Of a stretch of 64,000 nt of DNA, positions 1-8,378 are shown piece after piece. The notes beneath the pieces are model-generated. The model saw nothing but the letters and a program-made list of their open reading frames with translations, was not told the DNA's origin and searched no databases. The stretch is from positions 1 through 64,000 of the IMG/VR virus record IMGVR_UViG_3300027864_000205; one strand, written 5' to 3'. Both the position numbers and the translations under genes were made by a program. Source of the DNA: a virus. Its lineage: Duplodnaviria; Caudoviricetes. Position 1 is the first letter of the stretch, and the number at the start of each line of letters is the position of its first letter.

Positions 1-135
1 TGAACCTGTTCCGCTACCACGCAGAACTTCGAGTTCTTGTTCCAGTGCAGTGCATTTGTCCTTTAGTTCCTCGTAACGCTTGAACTGATAATCGGTCATG
101 CCTGTTTCACCAATCTTCTCTTTTATTGTATCCAT
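1..135 (-). CDS. Small hypothetical protein, partial (MDTIKEKIGETGMTDYQFKRYEEL..., runs off left edge)
   Basis: Manual translation: ATG at 135 with a GGAG SD upstream; frame open for 45 codons to position 1; coiled-coil-like. Confidence 0.55.
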   Translation of the reverse strand, partial: MDTIKEKIGETGMTDYQFKRYEELKDKCTALEQELEVLRGSGTGS

Positions 136-180
136 TATATCACGCTCCATAACTGTTTGTACAGCTTGGAGGCGAAAATA

Positions 181-216
181 ACAAGGAGCTTGCACTCAAT
201 GGTGCAAGCTCCTTGT
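181..216 (-). terminator. Hairpin terminator downstream of tRNA
   Basis: Perfect 15-bp inverted repeat acaaggagcttgcac / gtgcaagctccttgt, followed on the minus strand by tatttt. Confidence 0.8.
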
Positions 217-291
217 GGTGGAGATAAGCGGGATCGAACCGCTGACCTCTTGACTGCCAGTCAAGCGCTCTCCCAGCTGAGCTATACCCCC
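216..291 (-). tRNA. tRNA-Ala (anticodon GGC), 76 nt, CCA encoded
   Basis: Reverse complement GGGGGTATAGCTCAGCTGGGAGAGCGCTTGACTGGCAGTCAAGAGGTCAGCGGTTCGATCCCGCTTATCTCCACCA; G3:U70 Ala identity pair, GGTTCGA T-loop. Confidence 0.97.
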
Positions 292-455
292 ATGCTGCTA
301 TGTAATTGTTGCAGTTACTGTAGTTTCCAGATTGACTGTGTAGGCAGTGCAATCGATTGCTAGACTTTTGCTTGATTTTTGCTTGACTCAAGCCACTACT
401 AATTGAAACTTACTGCCACTTGCCACCATTAACTATACTTCCTACATTATTACGC

Positions 456-484
456 ATTATACATCAGGAAGCAATTCACGTCAA
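456..484 (-). promoter_or_regulatory. Sigma-A promoter probably driving the tRNA
   Basis: TTGACG-N17-TATAAT on the minus strand. Confidence 0.7.
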
Positions 485-535
485 CAGTCAAATCTCCTCC
501 ACTGTCAAGTTGCAAATTGTATAATTAAGTATGAC

Positions 536-612
536 AAAAACGCCCCCTGGCGCACAGGGCTTTTTGTTATTAACTCGCCACCAGCAGCTACTCATAATTT
601 CGAGTAACTGCT
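536..612 (-). terminator. Two hairpins downstream of the 618-875 gene
   Basis: agcagctactc / gagtaactgct stem (582-612), plus a GC stem followed by TTTTT on the minus strand (536-566). Confidence 0.55.
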
Positions 613-617
613 ACTTT

Positions 618-875
618 TTATTCTGCAAGTGATTTTGCCTTACTTGGTTTCGGAAAATCACTCTCTTGGAATAGAATCTTCTGCCCGTTGGGAAGCTTTA
701 TGGATAGTTCTCCACCAACAAATGCAGCTATCAGTGCTAAATCTCTTGCGGAAAAGCTACCAAGATGAAGCTTGTTTCTCATAACTTGCGGATTTTTATT
801 GAAATATCCTGCAAGCTCATTAACATTTGTATTTGCAAGGCTGAGTATTGCCTTAACATTGTCCGATACACCCAT
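618..875 (-). CDS. Small HTH/XRE-like DNA-binding protein
   Basis: AAAGGA SD before ATG 875; pattern VKAILSLANTNVNELAGYFNKNPQVMRNKL...SFSARDLALIA resembles an HTH. Confidence 0.65.
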   Translation of the reverse strand: MGVSDNVKAILSLANTNVNELAGYFNKNPQVMRNKLHLGSFSARDLALIAAFVGGELSIKLPNGQKILFQESDFPKPSKAKSLAE

Positions 876-898
876 TAAAACCACGTCCTTTCACATTT

Positions 899-927
899 AT
901 TATAACGTTTAAAGTTATATTAGTCAA
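899..927 (-). promoter_or_regulatory. Sigma-A promoter of the 618-875 gene, with a palindromic operator between -35 and -10
   Basis: TTGACT-N17-TATAAT; TATAAC-N7-GTTATA at 901-919. Confidence 0.75.
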
Positions 928-1056
928 GAAATGAATTATAAAATAGCGAATCATGTTGCACATAGATAAATCTATAAAGCAGTCATAAATCACCAGTATA
1001 TAGCACTATGCGCGAAGAACTGCGTAATGTAACAGAGAAAGGTAAGTGGCGAATTG

Positions 1057-1075
1057 TATAACGCAATAAGTTATA
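1057..1075. promoter_or_regulatory. Operator copy TATAAC-N7-GTTATA
   Basis: tataac gcaataa gttata, same arms as 901-919. Confidence 0.65.
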
Positions 1076-1114
1076 TATTGTACTAAAAAAGTTATAAAAG
1101 TAATCAAAAAAGTG

Positions 1115-1159
1115 TTGACATGGGTAAATCGATATGTTAATATAACGATACAAGTTACT
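1115..1159 (+). promoter_or_regulatory. Rightward sigma-A promoter with an operator over the start site
   Basis: TTGACA(1115-1120)-N17-TAATAT with TGn extension; TATAAC-N7-GTTAC at 1141-1158. Confidence 0.7.
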
Positions 1160-1193
1160 TTTGTAACTAAAAACGTGCAGGAGGAATCCGAAA

Positions 1194-1661
1194 ATGACTA
1201 GAGAAGAATTTGTAGCATTATCCAAAGTAGAGGTAACATACTCGCATTATACGAATCATATTGAACCTAGCTATATGACGCAAGATTCCGCTAAGGACGA
1301 ATTTGTGGTTCAGTGGCTAAAAGACCACAAGCGGTACCTTGTCAAAGCACATTCCATTGATATTGAAAATTCAAATGTAGCTTCAGTATTGGCGGAGGCA
1401 AAAGCTAAAGACCTCGTGAAATTACAGATAGAAAGAGTAGACCTTATCCAAAAATTAACGGATGTCGAACAGATGTACAGTGCAGTCCTAGAGGAGCTTA
1501 GCAATATGCAGAAAGAATGTGTGTCATGGAAAACAGATTTTCTTGCAGCACAAGAGCAAGCCGAACAGGTCGAACCGCTAAAACAGCAGATAGCTGACCT
1601 TGAAAACGAACTTATAAAAATGAAAGCAAGAATGTTTGATATGTTGGATAAATCAGCATAA
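1194..1661 (+). CDS. Hypothetical protein with C-terminal coiled coil
   Basis: Strong AGGAGG SD; 155 aa; heptad pattern in C-terminal half. Confidence 0.8.
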   Translation: MTREEFVALSKVEVTYSHYTNHIEPSYMTQDSAKDEFVVQWLKDHKRYLVKAHSIDIENSNVASVLAEAKAKDLVKLQIERVDLIQKLTDVEQMYSAVLEELSNMQKECVSWKTDFLAAQEQAEQVEPLKQQIADLENELIKMKARMFDMLDKSA

Positions 1662-1677
1662 AGGAAGGTGTGACGTT

Positions 1678-1869
1678 ATGAGCAATCTGGAAAGACTTAG
1701 AAGAGCGAAAAGCCACGTTGCTAAGTTAACTGTTGAAGAAGAAAATGCAAAAACAGCAGACGAAGTTGAACTATATAAACATTTGCAAGTCCTCGCCAAA
1801 GAAAGAGTTCACATAATTGAAAAAGAAATTGAACTTGATGACCTAATCGCTACGTTTTTAAACAACTAA
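1678..1869 (+). CDS. Small hypothetical helical protein
   Basis: AAGGAAGGTG SD before ATG 1678. Confidence 0.7.
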   Translation: MSNLERLRRAKSHVAKLTVEEENAKTADEVELYKHLQVLAKERVHIIEKEIELDDLIATFLNN

Positions 1870-1901
1870 AAAAGCAAATGAAAGAAAGGTCAATAAAATA
1901 T

Positions 1902-2024
1902 ATGCAAAATCCCGATTGCGGAATATGCGAAGCTACAGCGGAAGAATACAAGCGCAAAATAAAGGATATGCAAGCAGAAATAATTGCTCTTGATAATGCA
2001 ATTGCCGATTTAGAAGGCAGGTAA
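1902..2024 (+). CDS. 40-aa hypothetical protein (MQNPDCGICEATAEEYKRKIKDMQAEIIALDNAIADLEGR)
   Basis: Manual translation; GAAAGGT SD; fills the gap in the operon; CxxC plus coiled coil. Confidence 0.55.
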   Translation: MQNPDCGICEATAEEYKRKIKDMQAEIIALDNAIADLEGR

Positions 2025-2055
2025 CATCTATCATAGCAGAGAGGAGGAATACATA

Positions 2056-2478
2056 ATGCCACACTATCTACAAGAATCTATCATAAATTTTGTCAGCGCA
2101 GAACATCAAAATTTCTACGAAACTCAAATGCTGACAAAATCAAAAGACAGTTACAACAGGGTGCTGTTCTACACGCTCGGTATGTGCGAGAACACACGTC
2201 GAAACATCAACAGACTCTACGATGCCACAAAAAGATGTATATTATCAGGAGCTATTAACGAGGGATGGCAGACAAGCACAAGCATGAAGGTTACACGATT
2301 AGCATTTAACCTCTTCACGGATTCGGTGTCAGTAGTACGTGAAGAGAGCAGCAAATCAGAAATATATACTGAATGTAGCCTATACAGTGTTTCCGATATA
2401 TTTTGTTGTGAGTATGCGCCGTATTTTGTCGAAGCTATACGATTACGCTACCCCGAATACATGAGAGGAGATTCATAA
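2056..2478 (+). CDS. DUF6075-like protein
   Basis: Motifs LFYTLGMCENTRRNINRLYD and GWQTSTSMKVTRLAFNLF recalled from that family; GAGGAGG SD. Confidence 0.75.
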   Translation: MPHYLQESIINFVSAEHQNFYETQMLTKSKDSYNRVLFYTLGMCENTRRNINRLYDATKRCILSGAINEGWQTSTSMKVTRLAFNLFTDSVSVVREESSKSEIYTECSLYSVSDIFCCEYAPYFVEAIRLRYPEYMRGDS

Positions 2479-2479
2479 A

Positions 2480-3166
2480 ATGAAAAACGAACAACATGCG
2501 GAGCAATCCGCGCTAAAAAAAGTAGAAGCAGCACATGCAGGACAAGTATATGTCGGGCGTACACAGCGTTCAAAACCAGTGCCAATGCACGGCTCGAAGA
2601 TTGAACACGACACTACTATAACTCTACAAATCTCTACAGGCAGTCATTCACGGTCATGTGGCACCGACCGCTATTTCCCGGAGAAACTCATGGCAGAAGT
2701 GGAAATGACCCAAACCCAGTTTGCCGAAATGATAACATCCTTTAACCAAGGCAATGGAACGCCATGCACACTCCGCTTCATTGATGGCAAGAGGATAGAG
2801 TCAAACCCTAAGCGTCCTGACCCTCTGTCCACTCTCGAAGCGGAATCAGGGAATGCCGACACCCGAGCAATCGACTCCCTCCGCTCCCTCCTTATAACCC
2901 TTGGAGTGACCGCAGAAAAGAAGAGGCCGCTCAGCGTCTCATCGCAACGCGAAATTATCTCAAAACTTTTGACAATACTAAGTAATCTTGAAAGTGACAG
3001 GGAGTTTTACAAAGAGCAGGCTTGCAGAGATATTGAAAGCATGGTGCAAGAAGCAAAGGCAACCGTTGAAGCGCACCTTGCACTCCGTTTTCAGCAAATA
3101 GCCATAGCCACAAGTGAAAGCCAACAACTCATTCCCTCGCAAGAAATCGGAGATACCCAAACATAA
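2480..3166 (+). CDS. Conserved phage hypothetical protein
   Basis: 228-aa ORF directly coupled to the upstream gene; EVEMTQTQFAEMITSFNQGNGTPCTL motif resembles phage hypothetical proteins. Confidence 0.75.
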   Translation: MKNEQHAEQSALKKVEAAHAGQVYVGRTQRSKPVPMHGSKIEHDTTITLQISTGSHSRSCGTDRYFPEKLMAEVEMTQTQFAEMITSFNQGNGTPCTLRFIDGKRIESNPKRPDPLSTLEAESGNADTRAIDSLRSLLITLGVTAEKKRPLSVSSQREIISKLLTILSNLESDREFYKEQACRDIESMVQEAKATVEAHLALRFQQIAIATSESQQLIPSQEIGDTQT

Positions 3167-3221
3167 TTAAACGAACGTACAGCGACGGAGGCGAAAAACC
3201 GCCCGGCTGAAAGGAGATATT

Positions 3222-3707
3222 ATGTCTAAAAAAGAACTCATAGCACTCATAATGGAAAGCACAGGCCAATACAAAAAGACGCACCTCGTAAAGAAAATGA
3301 AGTCTGAACTTGAAACTATCGCAATGCCTTTTATGCCATCGGACGCTACAGTAGCCTTCAGCGAACAGCCGCCCCCCGCACCTATTGCGACACTCAAAGA
3401 GAAAAAGAAAGCACCGCAGGCTTCGGAACGGGCTGTAAACGAAAAAGAGCAGCTAATGCTTGCAACCATACCTAAGTTGCCGGACTTCGAAGGGACTATG
3501 TCGGTGATGGACGGAAAAGGATTTTTAGCAAAGGTCGAGGAAATTCACGGCATACCCCAGAGTACATCAAGGGCACTCATGGTATCGTTGATGAAAAAGC
3601 AATATTACGAAATAATCGGCAAGAAATCTGGACAAAAGAAAACAACAATTAAACTACAACCAAAAGGCATAAAGTACCTCGCAGAAAACAATCTGATAGT
3701 AGCTTGA
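3222..3707 (+). CDS. Hypothetical protein, possible C-terminal winged helix
   Basis: AAAGGAG SD; C-terminal SRALMVSLMKKQYYEI...IKLQPKGIKYL pattern. Confidence 0.7.
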   Translation: MSKKELIALIMESTGQYKKTHLVKKMKSELETIAMPFMPSDATVAFSEQPPPAPIATLKEKKKAPQASERAVNEKEQLMLATIPKLPDFEGTMSVMDGKGFLAKVEEIHGIPQSTSRALMVSLMKKQYYEIIGKKSGQKKTTIKLQPKGIKYLAENNLIVA

Positions 3708-3723
3708 CAGTGTGCAGGTACAT

Positions 3724-3772
3724 AAAAGCAGCGAGAAGCACCTCGGTTAAAGGTGAGGCTCCCGCTGCTTTT
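3724..3772. terminator. Bidirectional terminator between convergent genes
   Basis: aaaagcagcg...cgctgctttt stem with A/T tails on both sides. Confidence 0.75.
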
Positions 3773-3798
3773 ACACACAGTTCCAGCGTGCCGAAATT

Positions 3799-4047
3799 TT
3801 AAGTAATCGGCTTCCCGCTCTTGGTTTTGGTGCGTAGCTTTTCATTTTTTGTGCGCACGATAATGTCCGAGACATCGCAGTCCAACGCTTCACAGATTAG
3901 GTCTAAGTGGTCTAGGTTAATACGTTCTGCGAGTTCGTTGTAAAGTTCGCCGATAGTTGAGGGACGGATATCGGTTGCACGAGCCAGATCAGCTTGCGTC
4001 CATCGCTTTTCGCCTAAGCGTGTGGACAGTAAAACTTGAATCGCCAT
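3799..4047 (-). CDS. XRE/Cro-C1 family HTH regulator
   Basis: WTQADLARATDIRPSTIGELYN...LDHLDLICEALDC; AAAGGAG SD. Confidence 0.92.
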   Translation of the reverse strand: MAIQVLLSTRLGEKRWTQADLARATDIRPSTIGELYNELAERINLDHLDLICEALDCDVSDIIVRTKNEKLRTKTKSGKPIT

Positions 4048-4110
4048 AGAAACGTGCTCCTTTCCTAAAATCTACCACAAACTGCAGCGGTATGGTGATT
4101 TTGTGATATA

Positions 4111-4127
4111 ATCACGGAATACGTTAT
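4111..4127. promoter_or_regulatory. Operator-like site upstream of the XRE gene
   Basis: ATCACG-gaata-CGTTAT, one mismatch to the ATAACG-N5-CGTTAT palindrome. Confidence 0.55.
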
Positions 4128-4182
4128 TTATCATAGAGCTTTTTAGTAGAATGTCCCCTAAATTTAGTTATTTGCAAACAAA

Positions 4183-4225
4183 AAAGCCCTCATGCTGAAG
4201 CGTATACGCTCAGCATGAGGGCTTT
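4183..4225 (-). terminator. Terminator after endolysin
   Basis: 16-bp arms aaagccctcatgctga / tcagcatgagggcttt, with a T-run on the minus strand. Confidence 0.85.
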
Positions 4226-4245
4226 CCCTGCTGTAAATATTGATT

Positions 4246-5574
4246 TTATCTTGTGTGGTCGAGAGCTATCCACCCTCCATCAAAACGGCCGCCTGGGTCA
4301 CTGATGCGACCCCAGAGCCTTGCGCCTAACCCAGTAGATTCTTCGACAATCCTGACTGTGTCTCCATTACGCAGAGAGCTATTCGTTGCAAACATGGTAG
4401 CAAAAGTGGTGCTGGGGCCCTTGCGTACATTCAGCGACGATTGTACATTTACGGTCACTATACGTCCTTTTGGCGTTTCTTGGGTAGGGGTCGGCGCAGG
4501 TGCATTAACTATGCGCGTTAGGCGGAGAGCAATCCATCTGCCAGTTAGGTCAGGGAAGTTAGCAGAATCGTTAGCAATACGCCCCCATATGCTCGCCGAG
4601 TTGCCATCTTGACCCATCATTTCCATGTCGATTTGCAATCGTCGAGGCGGTCTTACTTCTCCTACAGTGCTTGTGTCTGTGCCTGCGCCTGTACGGATAT
4701 TGACAACACTGCCGGTTACTTCCACGGTACGTACATCCACAGGAGTGCCGGGAAGTGTTATATCTGGCAGTTCGGTTAGCAGAGCCCCCCATGTAAGAGG
4801 TCCGACAACGCCATCAATTGCCAACTGACGGCCGTTTACATCGACATTTAACCTTTGGAAATTCCTGACTGCGGTATCTGTAAGTGGTCCGAACACTCCA
4901 TCGACTCTTAGTTGGGGATTTGCTCCGTGCATATTAAGCAAGGCTTGCAGTTCGACAATCGCATCTGTGTTTGGGTTGCCTTGTCTTAATGTGGGATTTA
5001 CTGTGGTCTGTTGTGTAGGCGGCACAGTACTGCTGTTAAGTCGCTCAACCGCAGCTATATAGGCTTCATGCGCTGCTGCCCGCGAACGTAGACCGCGAGC
5101 GATAAAAGTTGCTGCCCTGCGGTTAGCTTCTGGTCTTGCAAGTCGATTATTACCCGCAGGCAATACGGTTGCGCCTGTAGTGCCACCCGAGGAGTTGCGT
5201 AGGTAGCCGCACACATGGCCGCCGTCTGGCGTATTGAAAGGTCCGTTGTTGCTGCGATTGTGAAATCCCGGTCCGGGATTTCCATTGCCTATGAAAGACC
5301 CATGCATGAATCCGTGTATGCCCATTGGTACCCATAAATCACCAAAAATGACGAGCATAGGTCTCGCAAGCCAACTCAACTGACCGAAAGCTCTTCTGAA
5401 GGCGGCCATATCATCAGGTGTCGCAGGGGTCATGTCGTAGTGGCATCCACGAGGACCGGCAAATGCCATGTTAAATTCTATGCCGGTAAGCTCGTCTCGC
5501 ACCCTTTGTATGGAGTTTCCCGGTCCAATAAGCCGACCAAATTCTGCATTGGTGAGCATTTCCACTCTAACCAT
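4246..5574 (-). CDS. Putative endolysin: atypical N-terminal His/Cys domain + PG_binding_1 + two SH3b-like domains
   Basis: Follows holin; VELQALLN...DGVFGPLTDTAVRNFQ...DGVVGPLTW peptidoglycan-binding motif; VNIRTGAGT and LNVRKGPST SH3-like repeats; AAAGGGG SD at 5574. Confidence 0.8.
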   Translation of the reverse strand: MVRVEMLTNAEFGRLIGPGNSIQRVRDELTGIEFNMAFAGPRGCHYDMTPATPDDMAAFRRAFGQLSWLARPMLVIFGDLWVPMGIHGFMHGSFIGNGNPGPGFHNRSNNGPFNTPDGGHVCGYLRNSSGGTTGATVLPAGNNRLARPEANRRAATFIARGLRSRAAAHEAYIAAVERLNSSTVPPTQQTTVNPTLRQGNPNTDAIVELQALLNMHGANPQLRVDGVFGPLTDTAVRNFQRLNVDVNGRQLAIDGVVGPLTWGALLTELPDITLPGTPVDVRTVEVTGSVVNIRTGAGTDTSTVGEVRPPRRLQIDMEMMGQDGNSASIWGRIANDSANFPDLTGRWIALRLTRIVNAPAPTPTQETPKGRIVTVNVQSSLNVRKGPSTTFATMFATNSSLRNGDTVRIVEESTGLGARLWGRISDPGGRFDGGWIALDHTR

Positions 5575-5857
5575 GTGCTTTTCCCCCTTTATCTGCTTCT
5601 TTGAAACGTCTCTCAATTTCTTTAATCGTGCGGGTACACCACTGCAGGTCAGCTTCGACTTTCGCATACTGTGACGCTCCATCGACATAACTTTCTCCAA
5701 AAATGTATGTGACTATATCGACTCCTGCCACAATTAGGCTCACTATCTTCACTGACGGCTCTTCCGACGAGAAAAATGCTACCAACGCCATCAGGAATAC
5801 AGATAGCATGGCAAGAAATTTACGACTCGTCCACTTTCTTTTCCAATCAATTTTCAT
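5567..5857 (-). CDS. Phage holin
   Basis: DWKRKWTSRKF N-terminus, two hydrophobic segments, GESYVD; overlaps the lysin start. Confidence 0.8.
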   Translation of the reverse strand: MKIDWKRKWTSRKFLAMLSVFLMALVAFFSSEEPSVKIVSLIVAGVDIVTYIFGESYVDGASQYAKVEADLQWCTRTIKEIERRFKEADKGGKAHG

Positions 5858-6411
5858 TACGACCTCTCTTTCTCTACACATTGTAGAACCCGTCGCATAT
5901 TATCCTTACACCGGACACAATGCTCTAACACCTTATCCATTGACCCTTTGTTGTCGCTAAAGCCGTTGCTCACAAGACCAGTAATCGTTCCAGTGATTCG
6001 GTCAAGAGAGTTGCGGGAATCACTAAATCCAGCCTTTATTAGTTCTGTTATTTGTGCAGTTGATTCTTCTTTGGCTTTCTCGCTACGTTCAATCATATTC
6101 ATAAAACGCTCTGTAGCTTGAGTGTTTTGGGTGATTACTTCGAGTACCTGTTTTTGATTGTCGCTGTACCTCTCTTGCCGCATATTCTTTGCGGCAATTT
6201 CTCGCTCACTGCGTTCTCTTTCGGATTCTTCTCGCGATTTTTGCGCATCGGCTTCTGCTTTGCGGTCATCCTTATTGGTCTTTAGTTTATAGCCAAGATA
6301 TGCAATAAACGCAAAAAGAGCTATAACCGCAAGAACTATCAGGACTCTTGCGACATCGCTATCCATTGTATAGACCGCTTCAGATACTACGTGATAAATT
6401 TGGTCAGGCAT
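5857..6411 (-). CDS. Membrane-anchored coiled-coil lysis-cassette protein
   Basis: Single TM VLIVLAVIALFAFIAYLGY followed by a charged coiled coil; adjacent to holin. Confidence 0.7.
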   Translation of the reverse strand: MPDQIYHVVSEAVYTMDSDVARVLIVLAVIALFAFIAYLGYKLKTNKDDRKAEADAQKSREESERERSEREIAAKNMRQERYSDNQKQVLEVITQNTQATERFMNMIERSEKAKEESTAQITELIKAGFSDSRNSLDRITGTITGLVSNGFSDNKGSMDKVLEHCVRCKDNMRRVLQCVEKERS

Positions 6412-6856
6412 TGTTCTTTCCCCTTTCAGTTTGCGTAAGCTTAATGCATGGCACGACCTTTCCATGTACATTTTGCAACATTATTACTTTGTCTTTTTTC
6501 TGCCCATAGATAAAGATTTTGTCAAATGCTGCACTGCACGGCTCGTAGTCGTCTTTATCCAGCACACCCTTGCCCATAGCGGACTCTTTTTGGATAATGC
6601 ATTTGTACTTCCAGTATTCGCACCATTTGACAGAATCTATCGCACCAGACCGAGGATAATTCTTGTCCTTGATGATGTTTATGACTACCCCTCCATCTGA
6701 AAGCTCCGCAACTGCGCCTAATTGCTCGCTGACAGCGTGTGCGGACTCGTATGCGTCATACAGTAAAGGTGCAGTGATTGAAAGCCTAATTGCAGGGCCT
6801 TCTATAGTCTGCGCAGATGCACTAAGCACAACTTGATATTTGATTTCTTTTTCCAT
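6404..6856 (-). CDS. Hypothetical protein
   Basis: 150-aa ORF with GAGAGGA SD; stop overlaps the next start. Confidence 0.6.
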   Translation of the reverse strand: MEKEIKYQVVLSASAQTIEGPAIRLSITAPLLYDAYESAHAVSEQLGAVAELSDGGVVINIIKDKNYPRSGAIDSVKWCEYWKYKCIIQKESAMGKGVLDKDDYEPCSAAFDKIFIYGQKKDKVIMLQNVHGKVVPCIKLTQTERGKNNA

Positions 6857-6923
6857 TATGTATCCTCTCTATTGGGTGTTATTATGTTGCCCTTCCTCCT
6901 TTGCAGGCTTTCTGTAGCGCGAA

Positions 6924-6952
6924 AAGACAGCCCCATTTAAAAGGGCTGTCTT
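6924..6952 (-). terminator. Terminator after RT
   Basis: aagacagccc / gggctgtctt stem with a T-run on the minus strand. Confidence 0.75.
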
Positions 6953-6966
6953 GATTATCAAACTGG

Positions 6967-8064
6967 TTATATTATGTCGTCGAGGTCGTGCCGCAGCACG
7001 GCGAAGTCTTCGAGGATCTTATCTCGCAAAGCGTCATTTGTGCAATGTGAGAGCATGCCGAGATAGCTCTGTAGTACTCTCTGCGCTTTTTCATGCGAAA
7101 TCTTGCCTTTCTCAAATTTGTGCTTTACCCCGGCAAGGTTGCGTTTAATCCGCAAAGTGGTGGATTTTCTGATTTGGAGTTTATTGCGCCATATCCTATA
7201 CCCTGCAAACTCAATACCGAATGAAGCCTTCCTGACAGATGTCTTTTTGTTAAGGTTCAACCCCAACTCGCTAAACAGAAAATCCGCCACATAGTCACGG
7301 ATTGCATGCAAATCTGCCTTGCTTGTACCAAGAACGAGCATATCGTCCATGTACCGCATATAGTGCTGCACTTTCAGTTCGTGCTTTACGTACTGGTCAA
7401 GCTCGTTCATTATGATATTTGCCAGCAACTGTGATACGAGGTTTCCAACAGGCATCCCGATATTCCAAAGTCGCTCAGTAGTTTCTACGTCAATAACTTC
7501 AAGAGGAAAGCCGAAAGGAGTTTGGTCATTTCTTATGATTGTTTCGAAGAGCCACAGCAACTTCTTGTCTTTTATTTTCCTGCTAATTACCCGCATGAGA
7601 ACGTCGTGCGGTACACGGAAAAAGAATTTTGCAATATCCATCTTCAGGACATAGAGGTCGTCCGACGACTTATTGTGATGCATCCGCAGCCAGTACTGGA
7701 GCTTTTGAGCAGCAAGGAGTGAACCTTTGCCCTTGACACTGCCGTAACTTGTATCAATGAATATGGGCTCGTACAGCGGGTACACATTGCGATATATCGC
7801 CCATTGCACGATTCTATCACGGAATGGCAGTATCAGTATAAGCCGTTTTTTGGGGATTGTTGCGATTTTCTCTCTGTATTGTCCGACCTGATATGACTGG
7901 TATATCAAGTCATTTTGCAAACTGATGAGCCCCTCTTCAAGCCTATCGCCAAACCTTAGAACTTCTGATCTCATTTTCTTGTCTTTGCGAGCGTTTTCGA
8001 ACGATATAAGCAGATTCTCATAATCGAATATCTTTGGGTATAGATTCCGGAATGTATTCATCAT
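6967..8064 (-). CDS. DGR reverse transcriptase
   Basis: LKMDIAKFF, GMPVGNLVSQ (DGR-type [IVL]GxxxSQ) and RYMDD; about 365 aa with no maturase or endonuclease domain. Confidence 0.95.
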   Translation of the reverse strand: MMNTFRNLYPKIFDYENLLISFENARKDKKMRSEVLRFGDRLEEGLISLQNDLIYQSYQVGQYREKIATIPKKRLILILPFRDRIVQWAIYRNVYPLYEPIFIDTSYGSVKGKGSLLAAQKLQYWLRMHHNKSSDDLYVLKMDIAKFFFRVPHDVLMRVISRKIKDKKLLWLFETIIRNDQTPFGFPLEVIDVETTERLWNIGMPVGNLVSQLLANIIMNELDQYVKHELKVQHYMRYMDDMLVLGTSKADLHAIRDYVADFLFSELGLNLNKKTSVRKASFGIEFAGYRIWRNKLQIRKSTTLRIKRNLAGVKHKFEKGKISHEKAQRVLQSYLGMLSHCTNDALRDKILEDFAVLRHDLDDII

Positions 8065-8257
8065 CGCACCTCCAATAATCGGTGTTGTGCTTTGCACGCT
8101 TTCTACTCCATGTGATTAGTTACTCACAGCATACACAACTAAGTTTTTTTCTCCACCAGGTCTGCAAAGCGGACGGGTGGTGCGGAAGCAAGTCCCTTTA
8201 ACTTCCTTCTGTACTGGACGGCAACCCGCAAGTTGCCGACTGCTAACTACGAAGGTA

Positions 8258-8370
8258 AAGCGCCCCGAGCGCCGATGTTCGAGTTCACGTTCCACGGATA
8301 AACGTTCAGATTCACGGCGCGAGAGCCGGCGTTCATCCCGTTGTTCCAATCGCCGCCGGCAATGAGGGCA
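8258..8370 (-). repeat. DGR template repeat (TR)
   Basis: 113-bp match to 8906-9018; 11 of 12 mismatches are at TR adenines; AAC-rich; lies between avd and RT. Confidence 0.95.
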
Positions 8371-8378
8371 ATAATGAC

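Noticed and set aside
216-291. tRNA as the standard attL/attR of this prophage
   Set aside because: Orientation is wrong for 3'-end integration, and no integrase or duplicated tRNA fragment is seen in the window
140-391. ORFs 140-391 (-) and 157-363 (+)
   Set aside because: They overlap the tRNA-Ala and its terminator; no SD or protein-like signal
6967-8064. RT as group II intron, retron or Abi RT
   Set aside because: Short, lacks maturase/endonuclease domains, has the DGR GxxxSQ motif, and sits with avd and a TR/VR pair
8116-8349. 77-aa ORF across TR/spacer
   Set aside because: Incidental frame over the non-coding template RNA region
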